DNA of 64,000 bases from Candidatus Rariloculaceae bacterium. Lineage in GTDB: Bacteria > Pseudomonadota > Gammaproteobacteria > Steroidobacterales > Rariloculaceae. Shown piece by piece: positions 9,025 through 16,782 of the stretch; position 1 is the stretch's first letter, and every line of letters begins with the position of its first letter. A program made the position numbers and the translations under genes. The notes under the pieces were generated by a model. It saw only the letters and a program-made list of their open reading frames with translations, had not been told where the DNA came from and made no database searches. The stretch is taken from positions 3,163,092 through 3,227,091 of the forward strand of contig OZ245000.1 in the NCBI GenBank assembly GCA_965223375.1, given 5' to 3'.

Positions 9025-11442
9025 TCAGGTCTGCGCGGCCAGTGCCTCCCTGACCCGCTCCGGCCGGAACGGCACGCGCCTGAGCCGGACGCCCGTTGCG
9101 TCGTAGACCGCATTCGCCACCGCCGCGATCATCGGCTTGTGACTTGCTTCACCGGCGCCGTAGTGCGGCATGTCGGGCCGGTCCGGATTCGGGTCGCCAT
9201 TGACGATGACGACCTCGATCGACTCCGGTGTGTCGGTGTGGCGCATGCTCGGGTGCGAGGCCCAGTCGACACTCGTTACTTTTTCGGTGTCGAACTGCAC
9301 CTCTTCCCAAAGCGCACGGCTGAGCCCATGCAGCATGCCGCACTCGACCGTGTTCTTCAGTCCCGTCGGGTTGATGACGAGTCCGCAGTCGTGGGCGCAG
9401 ACGAGGCGTCTGACCCAGATGCCGCCGGTCTCGCGGTTGACTTCGACCTCGGCGATGGTCGCGACGACGGTGCCGCTGCGGTACGTGTATGCGATGCCGC
9501 GCCCGGTCGCGATCGGGCCGCCGCCAGCGGCTGCGGAACTGCCTTCGTTTCCGGACGCCTGCCCCATCATTCGCGGGTTTGGCGACGGCCGCGTATCCCA
9601 GCCGAATGTTTCCGCCGCGGCACGCACGGTCGCGAGCGAGCGTGCCTTGCGCCATATGTTGTCCTCGGTGCTCGCCTCGATCATCGCGAGACGGAACTCG
9701 ACCGGGTCTGCATTCGCCGCGGCGGCCATCTCGTCGATGAACGACTCGAACGCGAACGTGACCTGCGGGCCGTTCGGGTCGCGCAGGTTGCCGCAGCGCA
9801 GCGGCGTCTCCCAGATCATCGGCAGGCTCACGACATGGGCCTGCAGACGCTGGTTCGGGATCGCGTATTGAGTCGATGGCGTTGCGGCGCTGCCGGCTGC
9901 CGCTTCTGCCGGGCGTATGCCCATCAACTGCGCGACGAGCACGGTTTCCGGATCGTTGTACCAGACATGGTTGTAGTCGAGCGCGCGGGCATCGTAGTCG
10001 AGGGCGACCGGATTGCCGTCACCGTTCAGAGCGCCGCGCATCCGGAACGTGTACGCCGGGCCTTTCGTGTCCCACGCGGTCTCCTCGTCGCGCATCCATT
10101 GCACGCGGACCGGCCGGTTGAGCTCGCGTGCGAGGTACGCCGCCTCGAAGCCGACATCGTCCGCAGCGGTCCTGCCGTAGACCTGCGGGCCGTCCATATA
10201 GACGACGCGGACCTGCTCGCGCGGCATGTTCAGGAATTGCGCGATGCCGTTGCGCAGGCCATACGACTTCATGTCGTTCGAGTAGATCGTCATCTGCCCG
10301 TCGGACGGGTCGGCCAGCGCGTGTGCCGGACCGATCGCCGTGTGGCCCTGGAACGGGACTTCGTAGTCGGCCTCGATGAAGCGCCCGGCTGTCGCAAGGA
10401 CAGCTTCGGGGTCACCGGTGACATCGGCATCGCCACTGGACGTAGGCGTCTGCGCCCGGATGTAGTCGAAGACATCGTCCGACGCCGGGAACGGTGCCTC
10501 GGCCGGCGGGGTCCAGTTCGCCTCGAGCGCACGGGCGCCGTTGATCGCCTGCTCCTCGCGCTCGAACACGACTGCGACGTAATTACCGCGGTTCACTACC
10601 GCCACGAAACCGGGCATCGACGAGATCGACGACTCATCGATGCTTTCGAGCGTTGCGCCCGCGACCGGCGGCTTGACGTTTCGCGCGTGGACCATGTTCG
10701 GCAGCTTGACGTCGACTGCCCAGGTCAGCGAGCCATCGACTTTCGCGGGAATGTCGTAACGCTGGATCGACTGGCCGATGACCTTGAGGTCCCGAACGGG
10801 CTTCACATCCGCGACGCCGGTTGTCGCGTTGATGTTGTTGCCGGAAAGCGCGACGTCGAAGCGGCGACCGCCGATCAGCTCGGCGTAGGTGACCGACCGG
10901 GACGGATCGGCCGTCACCGAGATTGTGCCGTTGCTCGCCAGGAGCCGATCGACCGGCGCGTCGAGCTGTTCCGACGCGAGCTCGAGCAGCACCCGCCGCG
11001 CTTCGGCGGCCGTGCGGCGCATTGGCCAGCCGTCGCGCTCGACGCCGTCGGAGCCGCCGGAGCCGCCCTGATCCGGCGTACGGTCCGTGCTGCCCATCAC
11101 GAGGCTCGTTGCGTCGTAAGCGATGTCCAGCTCGTCGCACATCATCTGCCGGAACGCGGTGCCGGTGCCCTGGCCGCCGTCCGTCTTGCCGACGAAGAAC
11201 GTGGCCGTGTTGTCCGGATGGATGACGATCCAGGTGTCGAGCTCGAGATAGTCCGGGTCGGGGTAGGGGCCGGCGTTGGCGCCTGCCGCCTGGGCGAGGA
11301 CGCGGGCGCCCGGGACCGTGCTCAGCGATGAGCTGATCACGAGCGCGCCGGAAGTCTTCAGAAAGTTGCGACGTGACGTCGACGGGTTGACGCTGCGGAT
11401 CGCGTCTTCGACGGCTTTCGGCAGTGTGAGTGTGGTGCTCAT
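9025..11442 (-). CDS. Molybdopterin hydroxylase large subunit (IorB/aldehyde-oxidase family) with Tat signal
   Basis: 805 aa. SRRNFLKTSGALV is a twin-arginine motif. FFVGKTDGGQGTGTAFRQMMCDELD and the rest are typical of the family. Its start overlaps the 2Fe-2S gene stop (ATGA at 11439-11442). Confidence 0.9.
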   Translation of the reverse strand: MSTTLTLPKAVEDAIRSVNPSTSRRNFLKTSGALVISSSLSTVPGARVLAQAAGANAGPYPDPDYLELDTWIVIHPDNTATFFVGKTDGGQGTGTAFRQMMCDELDIAYDATSLVMGSTDRTPDQGGSGGSDGVERDGWPMRRTAAEARRVLLELASEQLDAPVDRLLASNGTISVTADPSRSVTYAELIGGRRFDVALSGNNINATTGVADVKPVRDLKVIGQSIQRYDIPAKVDGSLTWAVDVKLPNMVHARNVKPPVAGATLESIDESSISSMPGFVAVVNRGNYVAVVFEREEQAINGARALEANWTPPAEAPFPASDDVFDYIRAQTPTSSGDADVTGDPEAVLATAGRFIEADYEVPFQGHTAIGPAHALADPSDGQMTIYSNDMKSYGLRNGIAQFLNMPREQVRVVYMDGPQVYGRTAADDVGFEAAYLARELNRPVRVQWMRDEETAWDTKGPAYTFRMRGALNGDGNPVALDYDARALDYNHVWYNDPETVLVAQLMGIRPAEAAAGSAATPSTQYAIPNQRLQAHVVSLPMIWETPLRCGNLRDPNGPQVTFAFESFIDEMAAAANADPVEFRLAMIEASTEDNIWRKARSLATVRAAAETFGWDTRPSPNPRMMGQASGNEGSSAAAGGGPIATGRGIAYTYRSGTVVATIAEVEVNRETGGIWVRRLVCAHDCGLVINPTGLKNTVECGMLHGLSRALWEEVQFDTEKVTSVDWASHPSMRHTDTPESIEVVIVNGDPNPDRPDMPHYGAGEASHKPMIAAVANAVYDATGVRLRRVPFRPERVREALAAQT

Positions 11443-12053
11443 GCCTCGTCTCCAGCGTTAGCCGAGACGCCGGGCAGGTTTGACGCGCTGCTAGCAGCGA
11501 GCGCGTCGATCTCTTTGGTGCGTCTAATTCTCTCTGGCGCGTTCGGGGCTTGGGCGACGGAGTGATCGTGGCCGTCGGCGCGGCTCGCGGCGGCTGCCAT
11601 TTCGCGCGCTGCGCGTTTGATCGCCTGGTGGATCCGGTAATAGGTCATACACCGGCAGAGCGCGCCCTGCATACCGTCGCGAATCTCGGCGTCGGTCGGG
11701 TTCGGGTTTGCATCGAGCAGCACCTTGGCCGTCAGAATCTGGCCGTTCTGGCAGTAACCGCATTGCGGCACCTGCTCGTCGATCCAGGCCTGCTGGATCG
11801 GGTGAAGCTCGCCGTTCTGCGCAAGCCCCTCGAGCGTGGTGATCTCGCCGCTGACTGCTGAAACCGGGGTGACGCAGGAGCGGATCGGATCGCCGTCGAC
11901 GAGGATGGTGCAGGCGCCGCACTGGGCGAGGCCGCAGCCAAAGCGCGGGCCCTGCAGGTTCAGGTCGTTGCGGAGAACGTAGAGGAGGGGGGTCGTGGCG
12001 TCGACGTCGACCTCGTGGGAGGCGCCGTTGACATGCAGGGTAACGAGGGCCAT
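11439..12053 (-). CDS. (2Fe-2S)-binding small subunit (IorA-like) with a ~50-aa C-terminal tail
   Basis: 204 aa with GCGLAQCGACT, CGYCQNGQ and LCRCMTY. A low-complexity tail follows residue ~150. Confidence 0.9.
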   Translation of the reverse strand: MALVTLHVNGASHEVDVDATTPLLYVLRNDLNLQGPRFGCGLAQCGACTILVDGDPIRSCVTPVSAVSGEITTLEGLAQNGELHPIQQAWIDEQVPQCGYCQNGQILTAKVLLDANPNPTDAEIRDGMQGALCRCMTYYRIHQAIKRAAREMAAAASRADGHDHSVAQAPNAPERIRRTKEIDALAASSASNLPGVSANAGDEA

Positions 12054-12200
12054 GGATTCCTCTCGAGCGAGCGGTCGTTGATGGCACCGACCCTAGAGCA
12101 AGGCCGGCGCCAATTCAACGGGTCTTCGGGGCGGAACTACGGGCCGGGGTTCAGGACGCCTTTTCAGGCCACGCGTTTTGCCGCGCGCTGCCGTAGTCGA

Positions 12201-12740
12201 TCAGATCCAGCCGAAGCCGCGAGCCATCACCGTCAGCATCATGCCGGCCAGCGTGACGTACATCCCGAATCCCCAAACACGGACGGCGTTGATCTCGTCG
12301 CTCAGGCCATCAAACTTGCCGGTGAGGGTTGCATTCAATTGGTCGATCTTTCCGTTGAGCCGCCCATCCAGCTCATCGACTTTCCCGTTGAGTCGCGCAT
12401 CCATAGCCTCGATCTTCCCGTTGAGCCTCCCATCCATGGCCTCGACCTTCTCGGTGAATCGCGCATCGATGGCCTGGACCTTCTCGGTGAATCGCGCATC
12501 CATGGCCTGGACCTTCTCGGTGACCCGTCTATCCATGCCATCTAGCTTCTCGGTGAACCGCGCGTCCAGCTTATCTATTCTCCCGTTTACCCGAATCTCC
12601 GCGTCGTCGAGCTTGTCGCGCATCGAGCGAAGGTCCGACTTGATGTCTGAAACGTCCGTTCGAATGTGAGAGACGTCAGCTTCGAGGCGCGCGATTCTGG
12701 CTTCCATGGGTTCGTCTACAGGCTTCGAGGGCGATTCCAT
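12201..12740 (-). CDS. Tail-anchored coiled-coil protein built from ~10 hendecad (11-aa) repeats
   Basis: Trimmed to MESPSKPVDEPMEARIARLE..., with RBS GGAGA 5 nt upstream. The repeats read DKLDARFTEKL / DGMDRRVTEKV / QAMDARFTEKV / QAIDARFTEKV / EAMDGRLNGKI / EAMDARLNGKV / DELDGRLNGKI / DQLNATLTGKF. The C-terminal TM segment is VWGFGMYVTLAGMMLTVMA. Confidence 0.7.
   Translation of the reverse strand: MESPSKPVDEPMEARIARLEADVSHIRTDVSDIKSDLRSMRDKLDDAEIRVNGRIDKLDARFTEKLDGMDRRVTEKVQAMDARFTEKVQAIDARFTEKVEAMDGRLNGKIEAMDARLNGKVDELDGRLNGKIDQLNATLTGKFDGLSDEINAVRVWGFGMYVTLAGMMLTVMARGFGWI
12279..12608 (-). repeat. 33-bp coding tandem repeat array (hendecad repeats)
   Basis: The DNA has 33-nt periodicity. 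For example, gcgcgattcaccgagaaggtccaggcc occurs twice, 33 nt apart, on the coding strand. Confidence 0.85.
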
Positions 12741-12948
12741 TCTATTCTCCGATGTCTTCGGTGAAACGCAGATCGTTTCGTAATCGAGGCATCGCGCAGA
12801 GCGCCAGACGAGAAAGGCCACCGTTTGGCGTGAAACATCGCGCGCAGTCGGGTCGAAGCGGCGTCTACGAGCTCGACAAGGGAGTATCTGCTATGCCCGC
12901 CGCCTGTAGTCTGCTCGATCGAACCGAGCAGGGACCGCCTAAGTCAGC

Positions 12949-13485
12949 TCAGCCAGCGCGGCCTTCCAGATACTCCGCGGCGTAGTCCACCAGCCGCCCT
13001 TCTTCCGGCATCCCGAGCTGGGTCGCTTCCTCGCGGGCCCGCTCCTGATCCCAGCCGTCGACGACAACCCGCTTCAGATACCACATCGTTGCAGCACGTC
13101 CGCCACCGGCGCAGTGAACGAATGCGGGCTCCACGCCCGGCTCCTGAATCACTTCGATGAAGCGATCGGCCACGCCCGGGTCGAGATCCTCGCCGCCGAA
13201 AGGCAGATGGAAGAAACGCACGCCGGCTTCCTCCGCGGCTTCTGCCTCGGCCTCGATGTTGGCGCCTTCTTCGCTCGAGCGGCGCAGGTTGATGATCGTC
13301 GTGAAGCCATAGTCCCTGATGCGCCCGACCGAATCCGGGGTGATGGCGCCTGCGCAGGCCACGGTCGTCTCGATGCGTGCGAAGTTCACGATGCCTTCGA
13401 CGTCCTCGCGCACGACCTGGGCCGTTGCACCGGTCGCGTGACTCAGAACGCCTGCAACCAGCACAGTCTTCAAAATCCTCGTCAT
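12949..13485 (-). CDS. Secreted Cys-based phosphatase-like protein (CX5R tyrosine/dual-specificity phosphatase fold)
   Basis: 178 aa. The signal peptide is MTRILKTVLVAGVLSHATGATAQ. The P-loop is VHCAGGGRA (C-x5-R). Confidence 0.7.
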   Translation of the reverse strand: MTRILKTVLVAGVLSHATGATAQVVREDVEGIVNFARIETTVACAGAITPDSVGRIRDYGFTTIINLRRSSEEGANIEAEAEAAEEAGVRFFHLPFGGEDLDPGVADRFIEVIQEPGVEPAFVHCAGGGRAATMWYLKRVVVDGWDQERAREEATQLGMPEEGRLVDYAAEYLEGRAG

Positions 13486-13744
13486 AGCTTCCGCTCCTGG
13501 CAGAGATGGTTATTGTCGATCGGGCGCCGGCCCATAAACCGACTTCCGAACCCGATCCATGTCGGACGGGGACCAGCATAGCATCGCGTGACCGGCATCG
13601 GCTGCCCGCCGATCGGCACGCATTGAGGGCCGCTTTACCTGCCCGGGTCGGTCGTCTCGCCGGGCTCCTGCAGGCGGCAGCAAGAGCCCGGTTTGTTAGA
13701 CTCGTCGCCAGAGACCTAATCCTGTGCCACGGAGGAAAACACCA

Positions 13745-14326
13745 ATGATCATGCGCATGTTCGCGACGGCCTTGTCCCTCCCCACGTTGTCTCTCGCCGC
13801 GATGCTCACGTGGCCCGTGTATTCGGTCGCGCAGGCGCCGATGACGCTGACGGCGCTCGATTACTTCGAAATTCAGCAGCTCATCGCGCGCTATGCTCGC
13901 GCGATCGATACCTGCTCGAACAACGGCTACGACTATGCCGACCTCTACACGCCGGACGGCATCTTCCAGCCGGTCATCAACGGCCGCGAGATCGCCCCGA
14001 TTCAGGGTCGCGAAGCGCTGGCCGAGGTCTCCGGCGGCGGCTCGAATAATTGCGTCAACGTCGGCTGGATCGAGCAGGGCGTGCACCATATCTACACGAA
14101 TCACATCATCGAGCCGTCGCCCGAGGGCGCGACCGGCACGGTCGAAATGCTGATGATCGGCCTCGGCGGTGACCCGAACAAGATCGAGCACGACGGCTAC
14201 TACGAAGACACCTACGTAAAGACCGACGACGGTTGGCGCTTCAAGCAGCGCACGCATCATGCCACCTACGATGCCTCGGTCCGCCCGGAGTCCGCACCGT
14301 ACGAGCAGAACGGCGACGAAGAATAG
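13745..14326 (+). CDS. Secreted SnoaL_4/NTF2-like protein
   Basis: Start moved to ATG 13745, with GGAGGA 8 nt upstream. The sequence MIMRMFATALSLPTLSLAAML...AQA is followed by LDYFEIQQLIARYARAIDT..., typical of SnoaL_4. Confidence 0.75.
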   Translation: MIMRMFATALSLPTLSLAAMLTWPVYSVAQAPMTLTALDYFEIQQLIARYARAIDTCSNNGYDYADLYTPDGIFQPVINGREIAPIQGREALAEVSGGGSNNCVNVGWIEQGVHHIYTNHIIEPSPEGATGTVEMLMIGLGGDPNKIEHDGYYEDTYVKTDDGWRFKQRTHHATYDASVRPESAPYEQNGDEE

Positions 14327-14345
14327 CCACGAGCAGGGAGAACCC

Positions 14346-14627
14346 ATGAAAGCGATCTGGCGCAACGAAATCATCGCCGAGAGCGACGCCACCGTCGTCG
14401 TCGAGAACAACCACTACTTTCCGCCGGCTTCGGTGGACAGGCGTTTTCTGCGCGAGAGCGACAACAGCACGCACTGCCCGTGGAAGGGCGATGCCAGCTA
14501 CTACGACATCGTCGTCGGGGATGAGGTCAACGGCGATGCCGCCTGGTACTACCCGGCACCGAAGGCCGCAGCGGAGCAGATTCGCGATTATGTCGCGTTC
14601 TGGCGGGGGGTCGACGTGACCGAGTGA
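14346..14627 (+). CDS. DUF427 domain protein
   Basis: Trimmed to MKAIWRNEIIAESD... (RBS GGGAGA). THCPWKGDASYYDIVV...AAWYYPAP...YVAFW matches the DUF427 signature as I recall it. Confidence 0.8.
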   Translation: MKAIWRNEIIAESDATVVVENNHYFPPASVDRRFLRESDNSTHCPWKGDASYYDIVVGDEVNGDAAWYYPAPKAAAEQIRDYVAFWRGVDVTE

Positions 14628-14703
14628 ATGGCGCGTGCAATCGGCGACCGTTTCGCTAGGATAGAGGTACGCAGGGAAGCCTCACGATAACAACCAACCG
14701 GGG

Positions 14704-16761
14704 GTGGATATGACGGTATCGGCACGGATTCACGCTGCGGACACCGTCCGCAACATCGCATTTCTGGGCAACGCCGGTTCCGGCAAGACGACGCTGATCG
14801 AGCAGTTGCTCAGCAACACCGGCATGATTCAGGCGGCCGGTACGGTCGAGTCCGGTACCACGGTAGGGGACTTTACCGATCAGGAAAAGGCGGTCGGTCA
14901 CTCACTCGACATTGCCGTCTGTCATTTCGAGCAAGACGGGAAGCTCGTCAATATCATCGATACACCCGGCTATGCCGACTTTATCGGGCGAAGCCTGGCC
15001 GTGCTGCCGGCCGTCGAGACTGCAGCGATCGTCATCGATGCCGCGCAGGGGGTCGAATTCGTTGCGGAGCAGGCGATGGCTGCCGCAGCGGACCGGCGGC
15101 TGTGCCGGCTCGTCATCATCAACAAGATCGACGCGCCCGGTGCCAACCCGGCAGCCGCGCTCGAAGGCGTCCGCGCCGCTTTCGGCGGCCAGTGCCTGCC
15201 GCTGAACCTGCCCGCAAGCGCCGGCCAGGCCGTGGCGGACTGCTTTTTCGAACCCGCCGACGTCGAGCCGGATTGCAGCTCGATAGAAGTCGCGCATGCG
15301 GAAATCACCGATCGAATCATCGAGCTCGACGATGAGCTGATGGAAGCCTACCTGGAGCAGGGCGAAACGATCTCGCTCGAGCAGCTGCACGATCCGTTCG
15401 AGCGCGCCCTCCGGCGCGGTCACCTGATCCCCGTATGCTTCACGTCGGCTGCAACGGGCGCGGGCCTGCGCCAGCTCGCGCGGATATTCACACAGCTGAT
15501 GCCGAATCCGTTCGAAGGCAATCCCGTTGACATGGTTACCACGGCCGGCAAACCGTTCCGCGTGGATCGCGATGGCGGCGATGGCCATTTCGTCGGCCAC
15601 GTGCTGAAGCTCAACATCGATCCGTATGTCGGCAGGCTCGCTACGGTCCGCGTCCATCAGGGCAAGCTCCGGACCGGCGACCAGATCTACGTCGGCGAGA
15701 AGCGTAAGCCGGTGCGCATCGCCCATCTTTATCGCGTCCAGGGCAAGGACACGGGCGAGATCTCGGCCGCATCGGCCGGCGAGCTCTGTGCCATCGGCAA
15801 GATTGATGGCATCGAGTACAACGACGTGCTGCACTCGAGTCACGACGAGGACGGTCTGCGGATGGCCGACTCGCATCTGCCGGAGCCCGTGTACGGCCTC
15901 GCGCTCGAGATGCCTCAGCGCGGTCAGGAGAAAAAGCTGTCTGATGCGCTGCACAAGCTGGTGGCCGAGGATCCGAGCCTGCGCGTCGATCACGACGCGG
16001 ACGCGAACGAGACCGTATTGCGCGGCCTCGGTGACATGCACCTGCGTCTCACGCTCGAGCGGCTCGGCGAAGAGTTCGGCGTCGAAGTCACTACCCGGAT
16101 ACCGAGTGTGCCCTACCGCGAAACGATCACGCGAGCGGCCGACGGCCACTGCCGCCACAAGAAGCAGACCGGCGGCGCCGGACAGTTCGGCGAAGTGTTT
16201 CTGAAAGTGGAGCCGTTGGAGCGTGGCTCCGGGTTCGAATTCGTCAATCAGGTCGTCGGCGGCAGCATCCCCGGCCAGTTCATTCCGGCCGTTGAAAAGG
16301 GCGTTCGGCAGGTTCTGCACGACGGCGCTGTCACCGGCCATCCGATCGAGGACGTGCGGGTCATCGTCTATGACGGCAAGCATCACCCGGTCGACTCCAA
16401 GGAAGTGGCTTTCGTCGCGGCCGGGCGCAAGGCGTTCCTGGATGCCGTGAGTCATGCGAGCCCGGTGGTTCTGGAGCCGATTGCACAGGTCGAGATCACC
16501 GTACCCAACGCATTCGTCGGCGACATCACCGGGCATCTCGCCGGAATTCGCGGTCGCATTGCCGGCACGGAGGCAACCCGCACCGGTAAAGCGCGGATTC
16601 TCGCGCAGGTACCGATCGCCGAGCTCGGCGAGTTTCAGACCTCGCTGAAATCGCTGACCGGCGGCGAAGGGAGCTTCACGCTGAAGCTCGACCATTACGA
16701 ATCGGCACCACCGGCGATCCAGCAATCGCTGGAGGCGGAACATCGCGCGCGTTCGCACTGA
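14704..16761 (+). CDS. Elongation factor G paralogue (EF-G-like translational GTPase)
   Basis: 685 aa. G motifs are GNAGSGKTT, DTPGYADF and NKID. Full five-domain length. It is not in an rpsL-rpsG-fusA-tuf context. Confidence 0.85.
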   Translation: MDMTVSARIHAADTVRNIAFLGNAGSGKTTLIEQLLSNTGMIQAAGTVESGTTVGDFTDQEKAVGHSLDIAVCHFEQDGKLVNIIDTPGYADFIGRSLAVLPAVETAAIVIDAAQGVEFVAEQAMAAAADRRLCRLVIINKIDAPGANPAAALEGVRAAFGGQCLPLNLPASAGQAVADCFFEPADVEPDCSSIEVAHAEITDRIIELDDELMEAYLEQGETISLEQLHDPFERALRRGHLIPVCFTSAATGAGLRQLARIFTQLMPNPFEGNPVDMVTTAGKPFRVDRDGGDGHFVGHVLKLNIDPYVGRLATVRVHQGKLRTGDQIYVGEKRKPVRIAHLYRVQGKDTGEISAASAGELCAIGKIDGIEYNDVLHSSHDEDGLRMADSHLPEPVYGLALEMPQRGQEKKLSDALHKLVAEDPSLRVDHDADANETVLRGLGDMHLRLTLERLGEEFGVEVTTRIPSVPYRETITRAADGHCRHKKQTGGAGQFGEVFLKVEPLERGSGFEFVNQVVGGSIPGQFIPAVEKGVRQVLHDGAVTGHPIEDVRVIVYDGKHHPVDSKEVAFVAAGRKAFLDAVSHASPVVLEPIAQVEITVPNAFVGDITGHLAGIRGRIAGTEATRTGKARILAQVPIAELGEFQTSLKSLTGGEGSFTLKLDHYESAPPAIQQSLEAEHRARSH

Positions 16762-16782
16762 TCACCTGATCCCCGGAGAACC

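Noticed and set aside
8671-11331. Very long ORFs antisense to well-supported genes. Examples are 8671-11331 (+), 14902-16758 (-), 16795-18165 (-), 28360-29979 (+), 47250-48842 (+), 43321-44964 (+), 1389-2690 (-), 58208-59494 (+), 62664-63671 (+), 40969-42066 (-), 38956-39876 (-), 33900-34850 (-) and 30564-31622 (-).
   Set aside because: Their translations are Arg/Ala/Gly/Pro-rich low-complexity strings with no recognisable motifs. The opposite strand or another frame encodes clear family members. Stop-free antisense frames are expected at this GC content.
12279-12608. The 33-bp periodic repeat array considered as a possible CRISPR array.
   Set aside because: The units are contiguous with no unique spacers. 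They lie in one open frame that yields clean hendecad repeats, and no cas genes are present.
12178-12669. A plus-strand ORF across the repeat region (…FPLSRPSSSSTFPLSRASIAS…) as the real gene.
   Set aside because: It is a Ser/Pro low-complexity product without a start context. The minus-strand frame has an RBS, amphipathic repeats and a terminal TM helix.
14704-16761. The EF-G paralogue as a Tet(M)/Tet(O)-type ribosomal protection (resistance) gene.
   Set aside because: There is no mobile or resistance context. The G1 motif (GNAGSGKT) matches the EF-G2-like paralogues I remember rather than Tet(M). This cannot be settled without a phylogeny, so no resistance call is made.
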